Positions 47,528 to 57,166 of a stretch of 64,000 bases of DNA are shown here, piece after piece (the stretch's first letter is position 1; each line of letters starts with the position of its first letter). The position numbers and the translations under genes were made by a program. The DNA comes from Spirochaetia bacterium. Its GTDB lineage: Bacteria > Spirochaetota > Spirochaetia > SZUA-6 > Bin103. The notes beneath the pieces were generated by a model that did no database searches, had not been told where the DNA came from, and saw only the letters and a program-made list of their open reading frames with translations. The stretch lies in assembly GCA_965208575.1 (NCBI GenBank), contig CBDBOV010000006.1, forward strand, positions 896,001 through 960,000. Direction: 5' to 3'.

Positions 47528-49315
47528 ATGAACCTTGTCACGTTCAGAACGTGCCTCGCCGTGCTGGCGAGCTTGGCCATTGCCGCAACCGGCGCCTGGG
47601 CCGGCGGCGAAGAGGAGCAGCCGGCCGCGGCGATGGAGAAGGAAATGGTGACCGACCCCACCACCGGCAAGGCGGTGACCGCGCCAGAGTACGGCGGGAC
47701 ATTGACCTATCCGTATGTCTTAATTGGCGAAACTACCGACCCCTTTGTTACTGGCCCCTATGCGGGCATGCTCATAGCCGGTGTCAATGAGAATCTCGCC
47801 GTCCCCAACTGGGCACTAGATAGGAAAGAATTCGCCTTCAATGGGCCTTACTTCCCTCTGTTTACTTGGACAGGGCAGCTGGCGGAAAGCTGGGAAACGC
47901 CCGACGACACAACGATCGTTTTCAACATCCGCAAGGGCGTTTACTGGCATAATAAGCCACCGATGAACGGTCGGGAGCTCACTGCCAACGATGTCGTATA
48001 TAGCCATCAGCGTATGTTGAGTCTGGGCGATTTCACCGAACCTCCTTTCCTAGCCAGGCCAGTTTACGAATTGCCATGGGAATCGGTAGAGGCCACCGAC
48101 AAATACACGGTTGTTATGAAGTTGAAGGAGCCAAAACTCGATGCGCTAGAGGGTATCATCACGACACCTGACTTCTGGATATTGCCTCCCGAGGTAATCG
48201 AGAAATACGGAGACTATACGGACTGGAAGAACGTGGTCGGCACCGGGCCCGTTATGCTGACCGACTACGTCGAAGGCGTCTCCAAAACCTGGACCAAGAA
48301 TCCTGACTACTGGGGCTACGACGAAAAATTCCCGGAGAACCGCTTGCCCTATATTGACAAGTTAGTGGGCCTGTATATGGCAGAAGAAGCGACCCGTCTA
48401 TCGGCACTGCGCTCGGGTAAGATTGATATGACACGCCTCTCTGGTGCTGAGATAAAATCCGTCGATGTAGTACAGAGCCTCCAGCGGACCAACCCCGAAC
48501 TCGCGATATGGCCATTTTACCTGCGGGCGGATGGCATCATACTGAACATTCGCAAGTCGCCCTTTGACGACATCAGAGTACGCCGCGCACTGCAGATGGC
48601 ACTGGACCTGGAGACGGTTAACGATACCTACTATGGCGGTTTCGCCCAGTGGCAACAACCTCGCTACATTGGCGCCAAGGGGTATTACACCCCATTTGAA
48701 GAGTGGCCCGCAGAGCTCAAGCAATACTACACCTACGACCCGGAAGGTGCTGAGAGGCTCCTTGATGAGGCAGGATATCCGCGCGGCGCGGACGGCGTCC
48801 GATTCAAGTTCGAACACATGCACCGTGACATCGCAGATTTGGGCTATGTAGAAATAGTCGCCGGCTACTGGGCTGATATTGGCGTTGATGCAGCGATTAG
48901 TGTTACGGACTGGGCGACTTTAGCCGCTGCTAAGTCAGAACATAACTATGAGTCGATTTATGGCTACATGGCCTGGGGGAACCTGACTTTCGGCATGGGA
49001 ATGTATGGCGCGGACCTCCTTTGGCGAAGGGCAAGCGTGGGGGCCGGAGTCGAGAACCCTGTGCTGGCCGCCGCCCAAGCTGCCTTTTTCGGTGCCACTA
49101 GCATCGATGAGCAGATGAAGGCGGCAAGAGAGTTTGGTATGGAAGCAATAAAGCAGCACTTTCAGATGTGGGCTCCTCTGGCTCCATTGTATCAGCACAG
49201 CCATCCGTGGGTCGTAGGTTTTAACGGTGAAACCATGCACTCAGTCTACCATGAGCAAAGCGTCCTCGTCCGCCTTTGGATTGATAGTGAGCTGAAGGAA
49301 TCCATGGGTTATTAG
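47528..49315 (+). CDS. ABC transporter substrate-binding protein, family 5 (cassette 6)
   Basis: Family motifs; close paralog of SBP5. Confidence 0.95.
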   Translation: MNLVTFRTCLAVLASLAIAATGAWAGGEEEQPAAAMEKEMVTDPTTGKAVTAPEYGGTLTYPYVLIGETTDPFVTGPYAGMLIAGVNENLAVPNWALDRKEFAFNGPYFPLFTWTGQLAESWETPDDTTIVFNIRKGVYWHNKPPMNGRELTANDVVYSHQRMLSLGDFTEPPFLARPVYELPWESVEATDKYTVVMKLKEPKLDALEGIITTPDFWILPPEVIEKYGDYTDWKNVVGTGPVMLTDYVEGVSKTWTKNPDYWGYDEKFPENRLPYIDKLVGLYMAEEATRLSALRSGKIDMTRLSGAEIKSVDVVQSLQRTNPELAIWPFYLRADGIILNIRKSPFDDIRVRRALQMALDLETVNDTYYGGFAQWQQPRYIGAKGYYTPFEEWPAELKQYYTYDPEGAERLLDEAGYPRGADGVRFKFEHMHRDIADLGYVEIVAGYWADIGVDAAISVTDWATLAAAKSEHNYESIYGYMAWGNLTFGMGMYGADLLWRRASVGAGVENPVLAAAQAAFFGATSIDEQMKAAREFGMEAIKQHFQMWAPLAPLYQHSHPWVVGFNGETMHSVYHEQSVLVRLWIDSELKESMGY

Positions 49316-49460
49316 CGGGGTTCACTCCCTGTGGCGTAGCTTAGGGAAAGAGGGAGCTGGGGGTTCAAACCTCCCGGCTCCCATACCCCTAAAGAGGGCA
49401 ATGATTGCCACGCCCCGATAAATCGGGGCTCGCAATGACAAGGGGGGGGGGGGGTGTGAC

Positions 49461-50459
49461 ATGAGAGCCTACATCATCAGGCGGTTATTGCTGATAATCC
49501 CCACCGTGTTTCTATTGAGTATCATAGTCTTTCTCTCGGTCCGCTTCATCCCCGGCGATGTAATAGACGTAATAGTGGGTAGGATAGAAACTTCTTATGC
49601 CACCGTTGACCATGAAGCTATTGAGCGTAGGCTGGGATTAGACGTGCCTGTCCACGTGCAGTATGGACGCTGGACAGGAGTGTTGCCGACCCCTGACTGG
49701 GTTACCGGTGAGTCCCACTTCAACGGTATCCTCCAGGGCACCCTTGGCGAATCACTGCTTGGTGATTTTGCGGTAGAGGAGAGGATATTAGACAGATTGC
49801 CGGTAACCGTTGAGCTTGGCGTCCTGGCAATTGTAATCGGGCTTGTGATTGCCCTGCCCGTCGGCATCTACTCGGCGATTCGCCAGGATACGGCCGCCGA
49901 CTACCTTGGGCGCTCGTTCGCCATCCTCGGCCTGGCAACGCCTAACTTTTGGCTGGGAATGATGGTCATGATATACCCGGCAATCTGGTGGGGCTGGTCG
50001 CCACCGATGACGTGGGTTCCTTTCACCGAAGACCCGCTCGGGAATCTCGCGGTGTTCATCATTCCCAGCCTGATTCTGGGGACGGCCATGTCTGCGGCCA
50101 CCATGCGGATGACGCGCACCGTGATGCTGGAGGTGCTCAGGCAGGACTATGTCAGGACGGCCTGGTCAAAGGGTCTGAAGGAGAGGGTCGTTGTCATAAG
50201 ACACACCATCAAGAACGCCCTCATCCCGGTAGTTACCCTGGTAGGCCTGCAGTTGCCTCTGCTGGTAGGTGGCTCCGTTATCATGGAGAACATATTCAAC
50301 CTGCCGGGGTTGGGTCGCCTCATACTGGATTCACTCAAGAACAGAGACTACCCGGTGGTCTCCGGAATAAACCTGTTTTTCGGCGCCGCGGTTATGGGGG
50401 CCAATCTAATGATAGACCTGCTTTATCCTTATTTAGACCCCAGGGTCCGTTATAGGTAA
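49461..50459 (+). CDS. ABC permease, DppB-like (cassette 6)
   Basis: Family motifs; G13 tract at the RBS position. Confidence 0.95.
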   Translation: MRAYIIRRLLLIIPTVFLLSIIVFLSVRFIPGDVIDVIVGRIETSYATVDHEAIERRLGLDVPVHVQYGRWTGVLPTPDWVTGESHFNGILQGTLGESLLGDFAVEERILDRLPVTVELGVLAIVIGLVIALPVGIYSAIRQDTAADYLGRSFAILGLATPNFWLGMMVMIYPAIWWGWSPPMTWVPFTEDPLGNLAVFIIPSLILGTAMSAATMRMTRTVMLEVLRQDYVRTAWSKGLKERVVVIRHTIKNALIPVVTLVGLQLPLLVGGSVIMENIFNLPGLGRLILDSLKNRDYPVVSGINLFFGAAVMGANLMIDLLYPYLDPRVRYR

Positions 50460-50477
50460 AGGGGAAAAATCACGAGT

Positions 50478-50760
50478 ATGAGTAATGTCACAGGGATACC
50501 ATCACCAGTAAGTGAGCCATAGAGACGTACCGGGCTGGCTGATTTCTTTTCCAGGCTGTGGCGGGAGAAGCCACTGGGTGCTGCCAGCGGGATTATCATA
50601 TTACTCGTGATTCTGTGGCGGAGGTGATTGGCAGCTCAAAATGGAGAACATCATTGTCATTTACAGTCTGAACATGTTCGGCGACGCCCTGCGGGACCTC
50701 CTCGACCCGATGCTGAGGGGCGGTGGTAGTCTCGGCGCCGGAGCCGCCGGGTCGGTCTAA
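50478..50760 (+). pseudogene. dppC pseudogene (cassette 6)
   Basis: Matches both ends of dppC5, with an early TAG and two large internal deletions. Confidence 0.9.
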
Positions 50761-50774
50761 GGAGAGCGCGCCTC

Positions 50775-51100
50775 GACGGATCGATGATGACGCGCCATGA
50801 CGACAGTCAGCGCAGTGACCGGTTGGCGGTGACGTTCGGTGACCGCCGAGTCGTTGACATGCGCGCCGCGCCTATGCTAGCGTATCTTGCTTGGGGCGAC
50901 GGATGCCGATGAAGCGCCATGATGACAGGCAGCGCAGTGACCGGTTAGTTGTGACGCAGCCAGTGCACCCCCCCTCATTACGAACCGAGAAACAACTAAC
51001 CGCTCCGGCTGATCGCCCCGTACGCGCCTCCGCGCACCCCGTCCCCTCCACTACCGCCGCATCTGTACGTGGCGCCGGCTCGGCCATCGCTGAACCACAC
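50775..51100 (+). promoter_or_regulatory. Promoter-repeat region and conserved upstream block, cassette 7
   Basis: TTGACA(50854)-N18-TAGCGT; aactaaccgctccggctgatcg block shared with ~8440 and ~55215. Confidence 0.65.
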
Positions 51101-51140
51101 CCGAAACAGACAACTTCCGTCTTGTCCAACTCACGAAAAG

Positions 51141-51325
51141 AGGAGGTCAAGATGATACTCAAAGAGCCGTGGGCGCGCGCGGCGTGAGCCCGGGTGAACC
51201 CGGCTGAGTCACACGCCGCGCGCTTTCCGAGAATTTGACTCAGACTGGCCGCCTGCGTTGCTCGTGGCCAGGGAGCGGAAATCCGCTCCGCAATACTCTC
51301 GAAATAACATTCTAAGGAAGAAACG
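51141..51325 (+). promoter_or_regulatory. MILKEP leader (uORF 51152-51187, MILKEPWARAA)
   Basis: AGGAGGT, uORF and hairpins. Confidence 0.8.
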
Positions 51326-53122
51326 ATGAAGATATGTTTCACAAGGACCTTCGCGATTGCGATGGTCCTGATTCTGAGCGCGACCGGCCTCTGGGCCACT
51401 GGCGCAGAAGAGGCGCCGGCAGCCGCTGCCGACAAGAATTATGTGACCGACCCCGCCACCGGCAAGGTGGTGACCGCGCCCGAGTATGGCGCGACATTAA
51501 CCTATCCCGACCTGTCAAAGGCCGAGACTACTGACCCCTTTATTACTGGCCACCCTGCGACCCGTTTCATTGGTAGCGTTAATGAGAAGCTCGCCTGGGG
51601 GGACTGGTCAATAGATAGGGACCTGTGGGACTTTACAACCAATTTCAGCTATCCCACTGTTGCCACTACAGGGGGTCTGGCGGAAAGCTGGGAGCAGCCC
51701 GACGACACGACGATCGTCGTCCACGTCCGCCCGGGCGTTCACTGGCATGATAAGCCACCGATGAACGGTCGGGAGCTAACTGCCGATGATGTCGTGTATA
51801 CCTTTCAGCGTAATACCGTTCAGGGCGACTTCACCGAACGTCCCCTCAAGACTTACGAGTTGATCAACCTGCCATGGGAATCGATAGAGGCCACCGACAA
51901 GTATACGGTTGTCTTCAAGCTGAAGGAGCCATATCTCGGTGCGCTGAAGGCCATCCTCAGCGACATACAGGGTTGGATATTACCCCCCGAGGTAATTGAG
52001 CAATACGGCGACTATGCGGATTGGAGGAACGTGGTCGGCACCGGGTCCATTATGCTGACTGACTATGTCGAAGGCGTCTCTATTACCTGGGACAAGAATC
52101 CTGACTACTGGGGCTACGACCCAAAATACCCGGAGAACCGCTTGCCCTATATTGATCAGTTAAGGCTCCTGTACATGCCAGAAGAATCAACACGTCTATC
52201 GGCACTACGCACGGGTCAGATTGATATGATACATGCCGGCACGGCGGCGGTAAATACCCTCGACGTGGTAAAGAGCCTGCAGCGGACCAACCCCGAAGTT
52301 CAGGTGACCGGTTATTTCATGCGAGCGGTTGGGAGTTTCGGTCTGAACGTACACAAGCCGCCCTTTGACGACGTCAGGGTTCGCCACGCACTGCAGATGG
52401 CGCTGGACCTCGAGACGATCAACGATACCTACTTTGGCGGTTACGCAAAGTGGGAACCCATGGGGATGATAGGGTATGCCCTCCCGGAGTATTACACCCC
52501 ATTTGAAGATTTTCCCGAAGAGGTCAAGCAATACTACAGGTATGACCCGGAAGGTGCCGAGAAGCTCCTTGATGCGGCTGGATATCCGCGCGGCGCGGAC
52601 GGCGTTCGATTCAAGGTCAACTATGACCACGTCATCGCCGATGATTTAGGCTATGCAGAAATAGCTGTCGGCTACTGGGATGCGATTGGCGTTGATGTAG
52701 AGATCGATATGTATGACGGGCCTACTTGGTACAATCGTAGAAACGACGGTATTTATCACATGACCCTTGGCGACATGGGCTTTAATCTCAGCCCTTCAAT
52801 GTTGATAGGCTGGTATCGTGGGGGTGGACATGTCCGCCATTACATGGGCGGCGATGTCGACACCCCTGAGATGACCGCCGCCTATGAAGCCTTTTTCGCC
52901 GCTACCACCGTTGAGGAGCAGCAGAGGGCATTTAAGGAGTTTGACATGGCCATAATAAAGCACCACAATCAGATATATAGTCCTATGCGTCCAAGGTATC
53001 AGGTGGCGCAGCCGTGGGTCAAAGGTTATAACGGAGAATGGGAGCTGGAAATTGCGGGAGAACGTAGCGTCCTCATCCACCTTTGGATTGACCAAGATCT
53101 AAAGGAAGAAATGGGATTCTGA
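51326..53122 (+). CDS. ABC transporter substrate-binding protein, family 5 (cassette 7)
   Basis: Signal peptide and family motifs. Confidence 0.95.
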   Translation: MKICFTRTFAIAMVLILSATGLWATGAEEAPAAAADKNYVTDPATGKVVTAPEYGATLTYPDLSKAETTDPFITGHPATRFIGSVNEKLAWGDWSIDRDLWDFTTNFSYPTVATTGGLAESWEQPDDTTIVVHVRPGVHWHDKPPMNGRELTADDVVYTFQRNTVQGDFTERPLKTYELINLPWESIEATDKYTVVFKLKEPYLGALKAILSDIQGWILPPEVIEQYGDYADWRNVVGTGSIMLTDYVEGVSITWDKNPDYWGYDPKYPENRLPYIDQLRLLYMPEESTRLSALRTGQIDMIHAGTAAVNTLDVVKSLQRTNPEVQVTGYFMRAVGSFGLNVHKPPFDDVRVRHALQMALDLETINDTYFGGYAKWEPMGMIGYALPEYYTPFEDFPEEVKQYYRYDPEGAEKLLDAAGYPRGADGVRFKVNYDHVIADDLGYAEIAVGYWDAIGVDVEIDMYDGPTWYNRRNDGIYHMTLGDMGFNLSPSMLIGWYRGGGHVRHYMGGDVDTPEMTAAYEAFFAATTVEEQQRAFKEFDMAIIKHHNQIYSPMRPRYQVAQPWVKGYNGEWELEIAGERSVLIHLWIDQDLKEEMGF

Positions 53123-53154
53123 GCAAGCCCATTGCCCTTGGGCGAGTGAAACTA

Positions 53155-53203
53155 AGGGCGCCGGGAGAACGGTTCCGACCGCGCTTCCCGGCGCCCTTTT
53201 TTG
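53155..53203 (+). terminator. Intrinsic terminator between SBP7 and dppB7
   Basis: agggcgccggga...tcccggcgccct followed by a T-tract. Confidence 0.75.
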
Positions 53204-53213
53204 TCACGAAGAA

Positions 53214-54170
53214 ATGAGAGCCTACATCATCCGGCGGCTGCTGCTGGTCATCCCCACGTTGTTCATTCTGAGCGTTTTGGTGTTCCTGTCGGTGCGCTTC
53301 ATCCCAGGCGACGTCATCGGCGCCATGGCAAGCCGTATGTTGTCCGTGGGCGGCGCTGTTGACCGTGAAGCTCTTGAGCGCATGCTGGGATTGGACGTGC
53401 CTGTCTACGTACAGTATGGACGATGGATCGGAGATGTTTTGCTGCGCGGCACGCTCGGCGAGTCGCTACTTGGCGGTTGGCGCATCGAGGAGCGCATGCT
53501 GGGACGACTGCCGGTCACCGCCGAGCTCGGGCTGCTGGCCATCCTCATCGGACTGGTCATCGCGCTGCCGGTAGGCATCTACTCGGCGGTGCGCCAGTAC
53601 ACCGCCGCCGACTACGTGGGACGGTCGGTCGCCATCATGGGACTGGCGACACCCAACTTCTGGCTGGGAACGATGGTGATGATCTACCCGGCCATCTGGT
53701 GGGCGTGGGCGCCACCGATGGAGCTGATCCCGTTCGCCCAGGACCCGCTCGGCAACCTCGGCATGTTCCTCATCCCCAGCCTGATCCTGGGCACCTACCT
53801 GGCAGCCAGCACCATGCGCATGACGCGCACCATGATGCTGGAGGTGCTGCGCCAGGACTACATTCGCACCGCCTGGGCCAAGGGTCTGCTGGAGCGGTCG
53901 GTGATCCTGCGCCACGCCGTCAGGAACGCCATCATCCCGGTGGTGACGCTGGTGGGTATGCAGCTGCCGATCCTGGTGGGCGGCTCGGTCATCATCGAGA
54001 ACATCTTCAACCTGCCGGGGCTGGGGCGGCTGATGCTGGACGCGCTTAATGACCGCGACTACCCGGTGGTGTCCGCGGTGAATCTGTTCTTCGCCACGGT
54101 GGTGGTGTTCGTCAACCTGCTGACCGATCTGCTGTACGCGTCGCTGGACCCGCGGATTCGCTACGAATGA
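53214..54170 (+). CDS. ABC permease, DppB-like (cassette 7)
   Basis: Close paralog of dppB3. Confidence 0.95.
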   Translation: MRAYIIRRLLLVIPTLFILSVLVFLSVRFIPGDVIGAMASRMLSVGGAVDREALERMLGLDVPVYVQYGRWIGDVLLRGTLGESLLGGWRIEERMLGRLPVTAELGLLAILIGLVIALPVGIYSAVRQYTAADYVGRSVAIMGLATPNFWLGTMVMIYPAIWWAWAPPMELIPFAQDPLGNLGMFLIPSLILGTYLAASTMRMTRTMMLEVLRQDYIRTAWAKGLLERSVILRHAVRNAIIPVVTLVGMQLPILVGGSVIIENIFNLPGLGRLMLDALNDRDYPVVSAVNLFFATVVVFVNLLTDLLYASLDPRIRYE

Positions 54171-54195
54171 GGCAATGAGGCAGTGAGGGAAGCCC

Positions 54196-54569
54196 GTGGG
54201 TGACGTATCACAACTGACGCCCGCCGGCGCCGAGCCGGCCGGCGTCTGCTGCGCCACGTGCTGCCCAACATCGCGGCGCCCATCATCATCATCTTCAGCA
54301 TCAACGTCGGCGGGGTGATCATGGCGGAGGCGGCGCTGAGCTTTCTGGGCTTCGGACTGCCGCCGGACATTCCGAGCTGGGGCGGCATGCTCAGCCGCGA
54401 GGGGCGGAAGTACATGGAGATGGCGCCGCATCTGGCGTTGTGGCCGGGGCTGTGCCTGACCGTCGTCGTCTACAGCCTCAACATGTTCGGCGACGCGGTG
54501 CGCGACTTGCTCGACCCGCGGCTGCGCGGCCGCCTCGGCGCGGCCATAGGCCAGCTGACCCCGGGCTGA
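54196..54569 (+). pseudogene. dppC pseudogene with a large internal deletion (cassette 7)
   Basis: dppC3-like start (VGDVSQLTPAGAEPA) fused to LLRHVLPNIAAP... Confidence 0.9.
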
Positions 54570-54632
54570 CACGTCGGTGACACGCCCTGGCCATGGAGGC
54601 GTTGGACGCTCAGTTTTCGCAGCAGCAATTCA

Positions 54633-54787
54633 GCGTTCCGGGCGCGCCTCCGGAGTTGCCGACCGGCTCCCAGCCCACGACGTCCTGTCGCGGGCCGGGA
54701 GCTACATGCCACCCGTGGGGCCATGGAGGGTGCCTCGGGTGGAGGTCACGCTGCATAAGACGTGATACCGGGGGGGTGCCGGTCGGC
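54633..54787. repeat. ~155-bp repeat, inverted relative to 62198-62352
   Basis: gcgttccgggcgcgcctccggagt...gtcgcgggccgggagctacatgcca matches the reverse complement of the partner. Confidence 0.8.
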
Positions 54788-54790
54788 GCT

Positions 54791-55170
54791 GTTGACAGGG
54801 TGGCCGCGCTCGCAAGAGAGTGCACCGTTAGGGGTTCGGCGAATGCAGATGATGCGCCCCGACGACCGCCAGCGCGGTGGCCGGTGATGTTCGGTGACGT
54901 CGGTGACGTCGGTGACGTCGGTGACGTCCGAGTCGTTGACAGGATGGCCGCGTCCATAGCAAGCTTGCCTCGCCTCGGCTTCGACGGATCGATGATGACG
55001 CGCCATGACGACAGTCAGCGCAGTGACCGGTTGGCGGTGACGTTCGGTGACCGCCGAGTCGTTGACAGGCGCGCCGCGCCTATGCTATCGTGCCTCACTT
55101 GGGGTTTCGACGGATGGTCATGAAGGGTCACGATGACAGGCAGCGCAGTGACCGGTTGGTTGTGGCGCAG
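54791..55170 (+). promoter_or_regulatory. Three tandem promoter-containing repeat units with (TCGGTGACG)x4, cassette 8
   Basis: GTTGACAGG at 54791, 54935 and 55061; last unit is TTGACA-N18-TATCGT; 9-mer array at 54891-54926. Confidence 0.7.
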
Positions 55171-55510
55171 CCAGTGCATCCTGCTACCCCCCCCCCCACT
55201 TTTTCGAACCGAGAAACAACTAACCGCTCCGGCTGATCGCCGCGCACGCGGCCCCGCGCACGCCGTCGCCTTCTCCACCGCCGTAGCTGTCGGTGGCGCC
55301 GGCTCGGTCGATCGCCAGACCGCCCGCACCCATCCCGTCGACTCAGGCGGTGCCGGATCCCCGCCTGCGACTAACTGCGCGCAAAACCCTCCGCCTGCGT
55401 TGGCGGCCATTCAGACTCACTGCTGCTCAGACCACCGCCACGCGTGGCGTTGTAACGCAGATCCCGACGTAGATCTAGAGAAGAGTTGGAGTAGGGATGA
55501 CCATCGCTGA

Positions 55511-56362
55511 TCACCCCCTCCACAGATCCCGGCGAGCGGGACTACCGCACCGGGCTCCTGCCTCAGGGATGACGCCAAGGCGGTGCAAGGGATAGGGATG
55601 GCACCCTCGGGGCGGTGGCAACCAGTGGTCAAGCAGGCGGCTCATCCGCTCCCAGGTAAGCCGGGTTTTCTGACTGCGCCGCCGCATCGACCGATACCAG
55701 AGCCGACCAACCCGGACGCGGAACAGGCGGAGTGCGCGGGAGTTCGTGGGCACCCCGTATTAACGCAGGTGCCCACTCACAACCGAGCGCAGCCAGCTTC
55801 CCACCTCCGGGACCGGATCGTGCAGGCGCCGCCGAAGCTCGGTCTTCACCAGCCAGCCGTGGTCGATGGCATCGAAGAACCCACGGATGTCCATGTCGAG
55901 CACCCAGGTCACCTTCCGTGTCAGCAGGCCCACATAGAGCGCGTCCAACGCATTGTGCTGGCTGCGCCCCGGTCGGAACCCGTAACTGAACCCGAGGAAG
56001 TCGGTCTCGTAGATGGTGTTCAGCACCTCGACTGTCGCACGCTGGACGATCTTGTCTTCCAGCGCCGTCACGCCGAGCGGTCGTTGCCGCCCGTCGCTCT
56101 TGGGGACGAACACCCTCCGCACCGGCTTCGCCCGGTACGCTCCTCGCTTGAGCCGTCCGGAGAGGTCCAGGAGGTTGCCCTCCAGGTCCCTTCCGTGCTG
56201 CCGCCACGTCACCCGGTCCACGCCCGGCGCGGCTTCCCGCCCCCGGCGGAAGTACGCCTCCCGGAGGATCGCGGGGTTGTCGACGTGGTGCATGAGCGCG
56301 GTGAACCGCAGCGTCCTATCCCGTCGCGCTGCTTGACGTATCCGCTCCAGCGCACTGTGCAC
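55511..56362 (-). pseudogene. ltrA: Intron-encoded RT/maturase, internally deleted (no YADD) and with a stop at 55760
   Basis: RPLGV.ALEDKIVQRA, FSYGFRPGRSQH and DIRGFFD, then a jump to X-domain sequence. Confidence 0.9.
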
Positions 56363-56365
56363 GCC

Positions 56366-56531
56366 CTAGCAGCCGGTGGCGAAACTCCAGCTGCATTCGA
56401 GCGGCGAATGCATCCCGGCTGGCTGCGTTGCTCCTCGCTCACATATGGCCGATATGCTCGTTCGTCGCGCCTTGCCAGCCGGGCGCCTCGCCGCTCTCGG
56501 TGCGACGCCGGGTTCCGCCACGGGCTGCTAG
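56366..56531. mobile_element. MITE nested in the intron, with 16-bp TIRs and flanking CTAG
   Basis: CTAG-cagccggtggcgaaac ... gttccgccacgggctg-CTAG (14/16 inverted match). Confidence 0.8.
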
Positions 56532-57166
56532 TGCCGGCGCGGTGTCCGGGGCGCGCTTTGCTGGTGCGGATTCCCTTTGGCCAGGCCCCTTCCCTCCACC
56601 CGCTCCGCGGTTGGGGCGCTACCGGCCGGCGTGGCCGTAGGTGCTCCCTTGGCTGTGTCCGGCGTTTCCGCCTGCGTGCCCGTGTAGGGTTCACCATAGC
56701 CGCGCCGCCTGCGGCAGCTCCCGTCCTTGTTCGCGGGTTTCCCAGGTACCCCGAAGGGCGGCCGGCAGGCCGGGGGCCTGTCCGACTTCCCAGCGCCGTT
56801 CATCGTCGGCGTCCGTCCTTCGACTTCCCGACACGGCCTGCGGCGCCATCCGCCACCGGCGAAGCTGGGATCTCCCGGCTCCCGCGCAAGGTGTTTCCGT
56901 ACGTGCCCGGGGTCTGTGACCGCGCAGGGTCCCGTGGCGCCTCGCGATATCGGCGTCCCGGGTGTGGCCTTCCGCATCCTCCTACGGCGTCGGCACCCCA
57001 AAGTAATCTCTTTCGCGGCTCGATACCCGGCCCGCACGTACCCCTGTCAACGCGTCACCCCCGCCCTCGCGGGCGACGGCGCATGACTCGGGGCCGCCGT
57101 GGGTCGCTAACCCTTCGACGTATGACTCTTCCATTCACAACACCTTGCCGGTTTGTGCCGGCGCAC

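Larger units (their letters stand above)
55485..57166 (-). mobile_element. Degenerate group II intron (IIB-like)
   Basis: 5' GTGCG; domain V GAGCCCGGTGCGGTAGTCCCGCTCGCCGGGATC; 3' ...CCCTACTCCAAC; RT remnant inside. Confidence 0.92.

Noticed and set aside
55511-56362. Diversity-generating retroelement (RT near variable paralogous SBPs)
   Set aside because: The RT is embedded in group II intron RNA ends and is broken. Paralog differences are not adenine-specific and no TR/VR pair was seen.
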